Positions 38,501 through 47,730 are shown, counted from the stretch's first letter. The stretch is 64,000 bases of DNA from a candidate division WOR-1 bacterium RIFOXYB2_FULL_36_35 (GCA_001771505.1 MEUA01000010.1:3532-67531); one strand, 5' to 3'. Notes: a model not told the origin generated them from the letters alone. A program made the numbers and translations.

Positions 38501-38670
38501 AAATAACAAGAGAAATGTTTCTAGGCAACCTAATAGATTTTCTCCACGAACCAAACTGGCAGAATACTCTTGCAGGGCAATATGCTTATCACGCCTTACA
38601 AGAATATGATCCTGATCCCCCTGAGCTTACTCCCATCAACTTTAATCCGCCGATTTTTAAACGTTTTTAA
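35518..38670 (+). CDS. Hypothetical 1050-aa cytoplasmic protein with HEAT/ARM-like helical repeats
   Basis: Uninterrupted ORF with no signal peptide. HEAT-like repeat segments (e.g. PSIVRLKAMVCLAQLGKGD; HLDVEIRTAALKNIHLLEK). No catalytic motif recognised. Confidence 0.5.
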   Translation: MTIQISTKSIYAAKKIKAGLGAVIESEGKCLAITRLSTQRTDLQPLYTETTSLKIVRGITGRIAIRSNPNFEFVDPAKRAKRIKELVSLGNANDLESAAMLLFSCGDSFETIQKIIEEQKLEHQLVLLCEAGNPNSVADYFYQLAINDKKEGINKIIEISRGKTAAKYVYGFTSYRRLAVVLFKLSMKNNGSGRKVVDNIFCAARELLEPGILESALNELNRQMPHIFKNYAEFSIPQIRTPLFFGSPQTGFKETSTFKTEGSSLLKERMEARRDLTIEEEIIAPEISKTRRPVYSSCKALVLRNDPVSNLSKYWDFGYADARETLIASVQDLTRKGDYKSACFLLFGIPRRIDEISSVLRIEYLTSEEIRGILEVLDNEGLRSFLVEVAKYGREKEIGESVERLTNYIDPFFYGILLTLSKMPIQTLTDVLDMMINHKEEEQKEAAYYLLREGLNPFKTYHLKYTEALETMCARDGYLQPIDFILHGKLLVTDEAVAIPNTRGKIKFYDNLMRENNPSIVRLKAMVCLAQLGKGDIAKKYLSDKFTKILLLECILELAAEHSRFLTLYNLDILLGLVDYDCEAVAYYDDKIQILGINNEKISREDFISRLRDAFLDTLIPDSAIIDFIDYLDKATAAINQIKRKEQEKEWCPELTEGYLRLMEFQDARFIPWIKKGLSHLDVEIRTAALKNIHLLEKRAAVKIAREVVHLRKRRRPTYSDTRLNWNYNEGVQGCLALIKLGEVSEGLTALLDFALDYYDSPKRTTKETKPKLEGHSKQLYLITQKIFEALLDKKTQEEKEKPCTTAALEYLKHPEAANHLILRISKDKLSKILEQLSELESKGTANITSQGLFSLTSYEIVLRKLLEDEKYTTAYEVIDSLSNFLFQTSKKPRTFYRTRRKKYLPLLRLVCSKLTETKLYIDIPVMLRLEPDDVSAMSLGGALRLHFFSISILNLGKAHSNRTLDNLEKGSTLFKDELDLFRIDTFIEEYEEKQITREMFLGNLIDFLHEPNWQNTLAGQYAYHALQEYDPDPPELTPINFNPPIFKRF

Positions 38671-39446
38671 AAAATTTTATGCCGGAGCGCCTCATATAAT
38701 ATAATAGAAGCCGCCATTGCCGCATTTAGCGATTCGGCTTTCCCGGGTATTGGAATCTTTACAGTATCATCGCATATTTTTAAAATATCAGAAGGGAGTC
38801 CCACAGATTCATTCCCTATTAACAAAACAGTCGGTTGCTTATAATCAATATCCCAGTGCGTTTTTTTAGCTACCAAATCTGTCCCCAGTATCCTGTATCC
38901 TTTATCCTGTATCCCGATCAAAACAGAAAGGAGATTATCAATCTCAACAATAGGAACTCTGAAAATCGATCCCATCGTCGAGCGTACAACTTTTGGATTA
39001 TAAGGATCAACCGTCCCTTTTGAAACAATAATTCCAGATGCGCCCACAGCATCGACAACTCTTATCATGGTACCAAGGTTCCCCGGATCTTGTATCTCTA
39101 TGGGTAACAGGATTAAAGAATTAAGAGGATTAGAAGGCTTACGAAGATTAAGTAAATTGCTGATCTTATAATTTGTTTTTCTGCAAACGGCTAAAACCCC
39201 CTGAGGAGTTTCAACTAAAGACAGTTTTTTCATTTCTGAAGAAGATATTTTATAAACTTTTATGTTTTTCTTTTGGGCATCAATAATCGCAGAAACATCT
39301 TCAGAATAAACTATAAATTCAACCTCGCCAAATTTGATTGCCTCTTCTACAAGTTTTTCACCTTCAGCAACAAACAAAGATTCTTCATCGCGAATTTTCT
39401 TTTTATTAATAAGAGCCAAAGCCAGTTTGGCTTGTGATATCAACAT
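38667..39446 (-). CDS. TrmH/SpoU-family RNA 2'-O-methyltransferase
   Basis: SPOUT motifs: LLPIEIQDPGNLGTMIRVVDAVGASGII, LLIGNESVGLP, IPIPGKAESLNAAMAASIILYE. Confidence 0.8.
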   Translation of the reverse strand: MLISQAKLALALINKKKIRDEESLFVAEGEKLVEEAIKFGEVEFIVYSEDVSAIIDAQKKNIKVYKISSSEMKKLSLVETPQGVLAVCRKTNYKISNLLNLRKPSNPLNSLILLPIEIQDPGNLGTMIRVVDAVGASGIIVSKGTVDPYNPKVVRSTMGSIFRVPIVEIDNLLSVLIGIQDKGYRILGTDLVAKKTHWDIDYKQPTVLLIGNESVGLPSDILKICDDTVKIPIPGKAESLNAAMAASIILYEALRHKIF

Positions 39447-40321
39447 TGGCCCAAAGCCGCACGGAAAGCAGTGTTATCGCAAATAAATTCATTTTCTATT
39501 AATAATTTTCTGAAGTTTAATAAATAAGTAAAATGTTTTTCACAAGAAGGAAAAACAGCCACACGTCCACCTCTCGCAAATGTGGTTCTGACAAACCAAA
39601 ATATAGAAAAATTTTCCATTGCTTCACATAAATCCATGCCTAAATACTGATTTAAAAATTTGAATGAGCCTATGTCATAGAACTTACAAGTCAATCTTCC
39701 CAAAATCATAGCCTTATTAAATAAAGCAAATTCTCTTTTTAAAAAAACATCGTTTTTGGGATCCCTTGAATTTAATCCGTTAAAAACAAAAGGGAAATGC
39801 GAAGACGAGTCACTATTGCAATCAGGGAAATAACACAATTCTTTTCTTCTATTATCCATGACACAAGAAAATTCAAGTGGAATTAAAGGATAAGTCCTAT
39901 TCCCAGGAAAGGTAAGAGCCAAATCCAAAATCGTTCCAGAATCAACGCTAATTAATTCGCTCTGCGCTCTGGATGCCCTGTGAATTATAAGTCTTGGAGT
40001 AGGATCATAAGAAAAAGCAAAATAATTTCCGGCATCCTCATTTAAATAGGCTATAACTTCTTCTGGCACCTTATCTAACTGACTTAACAATTCTATGTCT
40101 ACACTTCTTCCCTTTTCGCCACGCAAAATATCATAAACCAAACTAGAATCCAATAAGTTTAATTTGGCATTACTAAAATCGATTTTACGCATTCCAAGGA
40201 TAACCGCTTTATTTTGGCCAGCATTAGCCACAACCCCAATCCCTCCCCTATCCCAAGAAAAAAAACCTCTCCCAAATTTTTTAACGAATTCCGGAAATCT
40301 TATCGTCGTTTTGTTTAACAT
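39440..40321 (-). CDS. Hypothetical protein, 293 aa
   Basis: Long ORF overlapping the trmH-like gene by 7 nt. Cys-rich. No recognisable motif. Confidence 0.4.
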   Translation of the reverse strand: MLNKTTIRFPEFVKKFGRGFFSWDRGGIGVVANAGQNKAVILGMRKIDFSNAKLNLLDSSLVYDILRGEKGRSVDIELLSQLDKVPEEVIAYLNEDAGNYFAFSYDPTPRLIIHRASRAQSELISVDSGTILDLALTFPGNRTYPLIPLEFSCVMDNRRKELCYFPDCNSDSSSHFPFVFNGLNSRDPKNDVFLKREFALFNKAMILGRLTCKFYDIGSFKFLNQYLGMDLCEAMENFSIFWFVRTTFARGGRVAVFPSCEKHFTYLLNFRKLLIENEFICDNTAFRAALGQC

Positions 40322-40452
40322 TCGACTATTCCTCTCTTCTACAATAAAAAATTATTATAACATTTGTGTTGTTGATTTTATAGTAGAAGGGCTTATAATT
40401 TAATCACATGATGGTTTGCGATTCATAATATCAGCCGTGCAAAACAAAAAAG

Positions 40453-42921
40453 ATGAATAACATAAAAACGACAAAACAAAAAAAGATAATAAATATATTT
40501 TCATGCGTAATCTTTATAATACTGCTTTTTTCTTTAACAAACACCTCGAATGCGTCAATATTTCAAGACACGCAAAATAATCTCCATTGTATACTGAAGA
40601 ACAACTATTTCAGATCAACTAATTTTGGAGAAACATGGAAAGAATTTACCTTGCAATCAACATTTGAAACAAATGGTATTATTCAAGAAAGATCAAATGG
40701 AATATTATCTTTCTTCTGGGTGAAAAACAAAAAATTATATGAAAAAGAGAGTAAAAACAAAGGTTCGGACTTTTCCGAGCCAAGACAAATCCTGCAAGAC
40801 TTCTCTCCCCTCTCTTTCTTTATAAAGATAATAAATGGAACGTCTCATATAGTATATCAAAGGGAAAACACTATTTTTCATAGGTTTTCAATAAATAATG
40901 AAAAAAAATTCTCCGAGGACCAAATATTAAGCAGTTTTCCAACCATTGAAGGCTGGAGTTTTTTTGCAGATGAAAATGTTTTAAGAATAAACATCGTATC
41001 GAATAAAAAAATCTATCAAATAGAATCAATCGACCAGGGAAATACATTTACAAGTCCGGAACAAATATATTACAGTAATAATGATATAACCGAAATAGCA
41101 AGTTCTCTTTTTGTTTTCTGGATTGAAAAAAAGGCAAATACCTGCAAAATACTTTTTCTTGAAGGGAAAAATACTGAGCCTACAAAAATATATGAGTCAA
41201 CAGAAACATTATCAGATCTTCAGGTAAAAGCAACATCCCAATCCATAATTATCTCTTTTAATGAAAATAAATTCTCAAAAAAAATACCAATGATTACAAG
41301 ACTTTTTACAAATGGTCAAATAATCAATCAACCCAAAGAAGCAACTAATTCTCCTTATGAAGATGGAAAATTTGTTGATTGCTTAACAAAAGAGAATAAA
41401 CTTATAGTGTTTTTAACTTCAGATGATAACACATTAAAAAAAGAAGAATTTGGAAATTATCCTCCGGAGGTAAAAACAACTCTCCCTGAAGACGGATTTA
41501 TTACAAATTCAAACAAAATTCTTTTTAAGTTTTTAGGATCAGATATTGATCAAGACAATCTACTATTTGAGATTAAAGCAAATAAATATAAAAATCTTAA
41601 TCCCGACAAGCCCTTAACTTTCAAAGAATTGACATCAGAAGCAAAACTAGAATTTCCAGATGAAGAAGGTGACTATTATTTAGAAACATCCGTAACAGAT
41701 GGAATTGCAAAAAGAGACTCAAAAGAAATCACAAAAATTATTATTGATAAGACTCCTCCTGAAATTATTATTACGAAGCCTTTACATAATCAAATTACGA
41801 CAAATTCGGAAATAGAAACATCATTTCAAACGTCTGAAGAATCATACATTAAATTAAATGGGAAAGATTATTACCTAAAAAAGGGAGATAAACTATCAAC
41901 TCTTATTATGTTAAAAGAAGGGGAAAACAAAATAGAGCTAACAGCTATGGATAAAGCTGGTAATGTAACAACAGAATCTTTATATGTCACTTATAATGCA
42001 AATGCCCCTGTGATTTTAATAACCAAACCAACACCTATGAGCTGGTTTAAAAGCGGTTCCACAATATTTTTAGAGATTTCTATATCAGATAACAACAATG
42101 ATGTTGAAGATTTGCCAACAATATCAATTAATAGCAAAGAAGTCTCGGCCTTTCTTATAAATGACACTTCCCAAAATAAAATCAACGGTTTCATTGAACT
42201 CCCTGAAAACTTGAAAGAAGGCCAAACCCTTTTAAATTTAACTGTCAAAGATAAAAACGAAAATACAGGAACAAATCAAATCACTTTCGGCATAGATAAT
42301 AAACCCCCTTCTCTTATAAAAAAATCAATCTATGCTGATTATGATAAAATAAGCATTCCAATTGATGAATCAGGATCCGGTTTAGACTCAACATCCATAA
42401 GATTAAAAGTCTACCAAGGAAGTTTAGAAGTATCAGGAAAGATAGAGATTAAAAATTCATTGATTGAATTTACCCCATCTACTAAGTTAACCAAAGAGAG
42501 CTACACTCTGCAATATTCATTTTCCGATAATGCCGGAAATCTTGCCAGTCCTGAAAGCTTTAATATAATGCTTACTCCTGACACTAAAATTTTTGCAACA
42601 ACAAATACCTCCTATTCATTTCAAATTACAAATCTGCAAAATGGACCTAACCCTTTCAATCATGATAAAGATCAAGCAATCATCATAAAATATATTTTAT
42701 CTTCCTATCCTGCCAACATTGAATTTTACCTGTTTTCCATAACAGGGAAGTTATTATATAAAACATCTTTTCTTGCAACAAACACAACAGAACATATAAA
42801 CTTTAGGGGAGTCGACAACTACGGAAATTATCTTTCACCAGGAGTTTATCCTTATATCCTGCAAGCAAAAGATAACTACGGAACAAAAGATTTAAAACGC
42901 GGAAAAATTATAATCTTTTAG
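40453..42921 (+). CDS. Secreted 822-aa protein with Ig-like middle domains and a C-terminal FlgD-Ig / T9SS-type sorting-like beta-sandwich
   Basis: Signal peptide MNNIKTTKQKKIINIFSCVIFIILLFSLTNTSNA. Repeated IIDKTPPEIIITKP-type Ig-like segments. C-terminus NPFNHDKDQAIIIKYIL...VYPYILQAKDNYGTKDLKRGKIIIF fits the FlgD_ig/Por-secretion-tail pattern (NPFNP..T.I.Y.L....V.L.IYD..G..V..L....G.H...WDG.D..G..V.SGVY.Y.L). Confidence 0.6.
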   Translation: MNNIKTTKQKKIINIFSCVIFIILLFSLTNTSNASIFQDTQNNLHCILKNNYFRSTNFGETWKEFTLQSTFETNGIIQERSNGILSFFWVKNKKLYEKESKNKGSDFSEPRQILQDFSPLSFFIKIINGTSHIVYQRENTIFHRFSINNEKKFSEDQILSSFPTIEGWSFFADENVLRINIVSNKKIYQIESIDQGNTFTSPEQIYYSNNDITEIASSLFVFWIEKKANTCKILFLEGKNTEPTKIYESTETLSDLQVKATSQSIIISFNENKFSKKIPMITRLFTNGQIINQPKEATNSPYEDGKFVDCLTKENKLIVFLTSDDNTLKKEEFGNYPPEVKTTLPEDGFITNSNKILFKFLGSDIDQDNLLFEIKANKYKNLNPDKPLTFKELTSEAKLEFPDEEGDYYLETSVTDGIAKRDSKEITKIIIDKTPPEIIITKPLHNQITTNSEIETSFQTSEESYIKLNGKDYYLKKGDKLSTLIMLKEGENKIELTAMDKAGNVTTESLYVTYNANAPVILITKPTPMSWFKSGSTIFLEISISDNNNDVEDLPTISINSKEVSAFLINDTSQNKINGFIELPENLKEGQTLLNLTVKDKNENTGTNQITFGIDNKPPSLIKKSIYADYDKISIPIDESGSGLDSTSIRLKVYQGSLEVSGKIEIKNSLIEFTPSTKLTKESYTLQYSFSDNAGNLASPESFNIMLTPDTKIFATTNTSYSFQITNLQNGPNPFNHDKDQAIIIKYILSSYPANIEFYLFSITGKLLYKTSFLATNTTEHINFRGVDNYGNYLSPGVYPYILQAKDNYGTKDLKRGKIIIF

Positions 42922-42945
42922 TTTTTCCTATAAGAGCAAAAAATA

Positions 42946-43812
42946 ATGAAATCTCCTCAAATATTATTCGAAATATACTTAGATATGTATTTAACTCAAT
43001 CATATAAAGCATCCTATAGCTCTGAATTATATAATCCCCATTTGCAAAGATATTTACTTAGAGCAGCACAATTACGTACTCACGGAGATTCAAGCGGTTC
43101 AAGCCTATCAACAAGAACTCTAATAGAATCAAATCTACTGTTAGTGGTAAGTATTGCACACGAACACCATTTATCAACTGGTTACCCATTGGATGACCTA
43201 ATACAAGAAGGAAATATAGGCCTTTTTAATGCCGCTCAAACATTCATTCCGTCCAAAGACACAAAATTTTCTACTTATGCCGCAAACGGAATTACAAAAG
43301 CAATACGAACAAAACTAAAAGCATTAAGAAAATATCAAAGAGAAGTTTCAGAAGATGAAATACCAAGACCACCATATCATCACATAACACCTGAAAAATT
43401 AATTTCTGAAAGGCTGCATTTTTATCTTAGACTAGGAAATCTCTCTTCAGAAGAAGCAGAAATAATTAAACTGACTTTGCAAGGATATGATACCCCTGAG
43501 ATAGGAGCTAAATTAGGGGTATCAAAAGCGGCTGCCGGCCAAAAAAGGACAAAAGCTTTGTTAAAATTAAAAATTATTGATGCAAAACGACTTCCGGCAA
43601 AGTTACTTTTGGATGATGTTTTTATTGAAAAATTATTTGAATATAAAGACGATCATTATCTTATCCTCAAACATGACTCTTATGAATCAATTCGTTTAGC
43701 AAAAAGCTTGATAGAAGATGAAGATTCTTTATATACAATGTTATGTATTCTGGATACAAATCACGCTCAGCAGGTAAAACGTCAAAAAATCAAATTGCGG
43801 CAGGCAGCTTAA
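42946..43812 (+). CDS. Divergent sigma-70 family sigma factor (regions 2 and 4 only) with ~80-aa C-terminal extension
   Basis: Region 2.1-2.4 (TRTLIESNLLLVVSIAHEH...LDDLIQEGNIGLFNAAQTFIPSKDTKFSTYAANGITKAIR) and region 4 HTH (EAEIIKLTLQGYDTPEIGAKLGVSKAAAGQKRTKALLKLK). Starts 24 bp after the secreted-protein gene. Confidence 0.6.
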   Translation: MKSPQILFEIYLDMYLTQSYKASYSSELYNPHLQRYLLRAAQLRTHGDSSGSSLSTRTLIESNLLLVVSIAHEHHLSTGYPLDDLIQEGNIGLFNAAQTFIPSKDTKFSTYAANGITKAIRTKLKALRKYQREVSEDEIPRPPYHHITPEKLISERLHFYLRLGNLSSEEAEIIKLTLQGYDTPEIGAKLGVSKAAAGQKRTKALLKLKIIDAKRLPAKLLLDDVFIEKLFEYKDDHYLILKHDSYESIRLAKSLIEDEDSLYTMLCILDTNHAQQVKRQKIKLRQAA

Positions 43813-43986
43813 CCCCGATGGGGCTGTTACATAATGGTCATTCCCGTGAAAACGGGAATCTATTTTTCATAAAACAACCCCGATTATAATAATCGGGGTT
43901 AAGATGGATCCCCGCTTTTGCGGGGATGACAAATTGCAAAAACTATTATTACGCAACAAGCCCCCGATTAGGATAATCGGGGTTAA
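43810..43986. repeat. Composite/nested repeat block: family-2 element interrupted by a family-1 palindrome and flanked by family-1 (half-)sites
   Basis: AACCCCGAT half-site (43810-43820). Family-2 copy (43822-43960, TIR-like GGCTGTTACATAATGGTCA ... ACGCAACAAG, hairpins ATTCCCGTGAAAACGGGAAT and ATCCCCGCTTTTGCGGGGAT). Inside it, a perfect family-1 AACCCCGATTA-TAA-TAATCGGGGTT (43876-43900). Then CCCCCGATTA-GGA-TAATCGGGGTTAA (43961-43986). Confidence 0.8.
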
Positions 43987-43987
43987 C

Positions 43988-45373
43988 TTAAAATGCCCCA
44001 TGAGCTGTCAATACAACAGGAATTGTTCTAAAGAGAATTTTAACATCCAACCACAATGACCAGTTTTCAATATAGTAGATATCAAGCCTTACCATATCCT
44101 CAAAAGGAAGTAGCGAACGGCCCGACACCTGCCACAACCCCGTAATTCCGGGAGCAACTCTAAGCCTTTTCTTGTGCCATGGAGAATAATTCTCCACCTC
44201 TCTTGGAAGCGGAGGTCTTGGCCCTACTAAACTCATCTGGCCCGCAAATACATTAAATAGCTGCGGAAGTTCATCAATGCTTAGCCTCCTAATCCACCTG
44301 CCGATCCTTGTCATGCGAGGATCATTTCTTATCTTAAAGATATGGCCCTCAACTTCCGATTTATCTTTTATATTTAAAAGCATATTTTCCGCTTCCTGAA
44401 CCATTGAGCGGAATTTTAGCATGGAAAAATCTTTTCCATCCTTGCCTATCCTAATCTGCTTAAAAAAGATAGGCCCATTAGAATCTAATTTTATTAACAA
44501 AGCAATTAAAATAAAAAATGGAGACAAAAATAATATTAAAACAAAAGACATGACAACATCCACAAGTCGTTTAATAAAAGCATTAAACCCTGCCAATCCT
44601 ATCTCAGAAATTGTAACTAAGGGGACACCTCCAACCTCATCAACACTAACCCTGGATGCTATTATTTCAAAAATTCCAGGGACTATTTTAAAGCTGATCC
44701 CCAAGGATTCACATTCCGTAATAAGATCTAATATTCTTTGATAAGGGATCCTACTTGTTGCGAATATAACCTCTTGCGCCGAAAGCTTTTTTATTAATTT
44801 CAACAAATCGGTACTATTTCCCAAAACCGGTATCTCATGAAAAACTTTTCCATTTTTTTGCGCATCATCATCAATAAAGGCGACAGGTTTTCTCTCTAGT
44901 GTTTTATCGGACATAAACCTCAACCCCAAGGTTTGCCCCATATCTCCAGCGCCAACAATTAATACACTTTTTAATCCAATCCCTTTTTGCAATAAAAGCC
45001 GCTTTACCAATCGAAGAAGGAAACGAAAAATAAAGAGAGATAAAAAAGAGATAATCCAAGCATTTAAAATAACCAGCCTGGAAAACCAGAAGCCACGATA
45101 CAAAAATAAAAGCCCGAAAAGAAATAAAGAAGAAAACGTAACAGATACAAACAAAAGAGCTGCTTCATCAATAAAATCGCTTATTTTTTTATCATATAAC
45201 CCGAATAACTTAAAAATAGCAAGCCATAATAAAGTTATAAAAACTAAAGTTCCAAAATAATCCTTAAAAAGAGCCGCCTTTTCAAAAACTATAAAAGTCA
45301 TTACCTCAAACCTTAGGTGATATGCCAATAAAAAAGAAAGATTTATCAAAACAGCATCAATTAATATTTTCAT
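43988..45373 (-). CDS. Polyprenyl-phosphate sugar phosphotransferase (WbaP/WcaJ-like bacterial sugar transferase)
   Basis: N-terminal TM bundle, Rossmann-like segment VLIVGAGDMGQTL, and C-terminal sugar-transferase domain (KRLVDVVMSFVLIL...GPIFFKQIRIGKDGKDFSMLKFRSM...DELPQLFNVFAGQMSLVGPRP). Confidence 0.85.
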   Translation of the reverse strand: MKILIDAVLINLSFLLAYHLRFEVMTFIVFEKAALFKDYFGTLVFITLLWLAIFKLFGLYDKKISDFIDEAALLFVSVTFSSLFLFGLLFLYRGFWFSRLVILNAWIISFLSLFIFRFLLRLVKRLLLQKGIGLKSVLIVGAGDMGQTLGLRFMSDKTLERKPVAFIDDDAQKNGKVFHEIPVLGNSTDLLKLIKKLSAQEVIFATSRIPYQRILDLITECESLGISFKIVPGIFEIIASRVSVDEVGGVPLVTISEIGLAGFNAFIKRLVDVVMSFVLILFLSPFFILIALLIKLDSNGPIFFKQIRIGKDGKDFSMLKFRSMVQEAENMLLNIKDKSEVEGHIFKIRNDPRMTRIGRWIRRLSIDELPQLFNVFAGQMSLVGPRPPLPREVENYSPWHKKRLRVAPGITGLWQVSGRSLLPFEDMVRLDIYYIENWSLWLDVKILFRTIPVVLTAHGAF

Positions 45374-47730
45374 TATTGCCCAAGCATCAATTTTGCGTAT
45401 TCATTATTTGGATCTAATTGTAAAGTTTGCTCAAATTCCTCTTTTGCCCTGATGTTATTGCCCTTCTTCTTATAAATAATCCCAAGACCATTATGAACCT
45501 GAGGATTTCCAGGATCGGAAATCAGTAACTCCTGAAACATATTAAATGCTTCATCCAGCGCTCCCTGTTCAATCTTTTCAAGAGCAACTTTTATTTTTGG
45601 TTCTGAAAGACCCGGATTTATAAAATATGCCTTTTTATAATAATCTTGAGCCTCTTTAATTTTTTTCTCCTTTTCGCTTATTGCAGCCAAAACCAGGTAC
45701 GCTTCCGCATAATAAGGATCCACCTTTAAGGCATTTTCCGCATACTCTTTAGATTTCTTCAAATTACCATCCATAAATAAAATTCTAGAAGCAATATAAA
45801 AGTTATCCGCATTGTAAGGATCAACTTTTATTCCATACTCAAAAGTATCCTGCGCCTCTTTATGAAGCATTGAGACTTCTTCCTTTTTTCCTGTTAAAGA
45901 TGCATTTAAAGCATCTATTCCCTTATTAGTTACAGTTCCACCCTCAATTGGAAAGGTTTTCAAAGATTTTTCAAACCAAGGCAAAGCTTCCTGATATCTT
46001 TTATAATCCATATAATTTTTGCCCATTTTAAAATACTTATCTGCATTAAACTGCAACATAAACACATACCCTAAAAAACAGATGAAAACAAAAAGGATAA
46101 AAACATATAACCAAGGAACACTATCCCAGGAGATATCTCGTTCATCTTCTTTATCCGGAATTGAATCAACATTAATTAAAAGCGCCCACAAAACCCAAAA
46201 AAGAGAAGTAATAGCCAAAACCCCAAAACTAAACTGGTTTTGTATAAGATAAGAAGTAATAGCCGCAATAACTGCAACAATAAATACTTTTTTATCAGCA
46301 TCAACCGTTTTAATCTTTTTAAAAGCAAATTGATAAATCAAGAATAAAATAAACAGGTAAACAAAAAATGTTATTAACCCCTTTGTTGAAGGAACGTCAA
46401 ACGTTTCATTATGGCAACGATCCTGTTTTACGTGAAAAGCCTCTTTAAAACGGAAAAGATTTGTTTCGTACCGGGGGAAAATCATCTTTAAAACTTCAGG
46501 ACCAGTCCCCCAAAAAGGCCTGTCCGCAATTATTCCAAAAGCGCTTTTCCATGTCTCTCCCCGAGATCCGGCCGCTCCAGAGATAACTACTTTTTTCTCT
46601 GAATCAGTCTTTTCTTGCTGTGTTTGGGTAGAAATAACATCTTTTAATTTTATCTCTTCAGAAAACCTTCCAAATGGGGAATATTTCGGATTAACCGCAG
46701 TAATAATTGTTATAAGAAATATTACCAAAAACAAGACAGAAAGAATTTTCCAGTTTTCAAAAAATCTCTTTCTTGGCACAAAGATAATCAATATAGTAGC
46801 TCCAACTATCAACGCAAGATAACCTCCGCGACTTTGAGTATAAAAAAGACAGACATAGTTTAAAACCAGACTGATTGAAACTAAAATTTTCAATACAATA
46901 TCCGGCAACTTATTGTAAGTATAAGCAAATCGTAGCGCGGCAAAAGTCATTGCGGCAAAAAAGAGATACCAAATAAAAACATTACTCCCCGACTGGGAAT
47001 ATACCATGACGATAAAAAGCAAAGGGACAGCAATATAGTAAACAATGGGTAAAAGCTTATCTCCTATTAAGTAAATGTCATCTTTTTTTATCTCTTTTTT
47101 AGAATTGTTTTTAACTTTTGAAGAAAAATTGCCATTGGCTGGCTGATTATAAGTCAAAACAAAATAGAACATAAGGAAAAAAGACATGCATACGTAAGCC
47201 GCAAGAAAATTAGGCTGACCTATTGTTGCAATAACTCGTTGCCATGTTACAACCCCACCCCAAACATATGGATCTATGCCTTGACGCTGTATTATTGCAT
47301 ATATAGACATGGCAACCGACGCGGGAATTATAAGTGCAATAAAACTTTTTATCTTATCAAAACCTCTAATATAATGTACAGCAATAAAAAACATCAACCC
47401 GTATGAATACCAAGTTATTAACCCTTCATAACGCCCGTAAAACCCAAAAAGACTTATAAGAACATGTACGGATGTTATGGTAGCAGTCGTCGCACATAGC
47501 AAATAAGATAAAACGGGCCAATCAAGTATTGTCCTTTTAAAATTATGTTTTCCTCCAGCCATAAGTTTTATTCCCCAAACAGTTAAAATGATTAAAATAA
47601 ACAATCTTATTGTCCATGATTTAGTTCCTGAAAAAACTATACCGATACGACGATCAAATATAACCGGAGACAAAAACATCAAAGCAAAAAACAACCATTC
47701 AATCGCTCGATCAAAGTATTTTATTTTCAT
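45373..47730 (-). CDS. O-antigen ligase/polymerase-like polytopic membrane protein fused to C-terminal TPR repeats
   Basis: ~12 predicted TM helices with a Wzy_C-like loop region, followed by ~250 aa of TPR repeats (AEAYLVLA..., NALKVDPYYAEAY...). Confidence 0.6.
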   Translation of the reverse strand: MKIKYFDRAIEWLFFALMFLSPVIFDRRIGIVFSGTKSWTIRLFILIILTVWGIKLMAGGKHNFKRTILDWPVLSYLLCATTATITSVHVLISLFGFYGRYEGLITWYSYGLMFFIAVHYIRGFDKIKSFIALIIPASVAMSIYAIIQRQGIDPYVWGGVVTWQRVIATIGQPNFLAAYVCMSFFLMFYFVLTYNQPANGNFSSKVKNNSKKEIKKDDIYLIGDKLLPIVYYIAVPLLFIVMVYSQSGSNVFIWYLFFAAMTFAALRFAYTYNKLPDIVLKILVSISLVLNYVCLFYTQSRGGYLALIVGATILIIFVPRKRFFENWKILSVLFLVIFLITIITAVNPKYSPFGRFSEEIKLKDVISTQTQQEKTDSEKKVVISGAAGSRGETWKSAFGIIADRPFWGTGPEVLKMIFPRYETNLFRFKEAFHVKQDRCHNETFDVPSTKGLITFFVYLFILFLIYQFAFKKIKTVDADKKVFIVAVIAAITSYLIQNQFSFGVLAITSLFWVLWALLINVDSIPDKEDERDISWDSVPWLYVFILFVFICFLGYVFMLQFNADKYFKMGKNYMDYKRYQEALPWFEKSLKTFPIEGGTVTNKGIDALNASLTGKKEEVSMLHKEAQDTFEYGIKVDPYNADNFYIASRILFMDGNLKKSKEYAENALKVDPYYAEAYLVLAAISEKEKKIKEAQDYYKKAYFINPGLSEPKIKVALEKIEQGALDEAFNMFQELLISDPGNPQVHNGLGIIYKKKGNNIRAKEEFEQTLQLDPNNEYAKLMLGQ

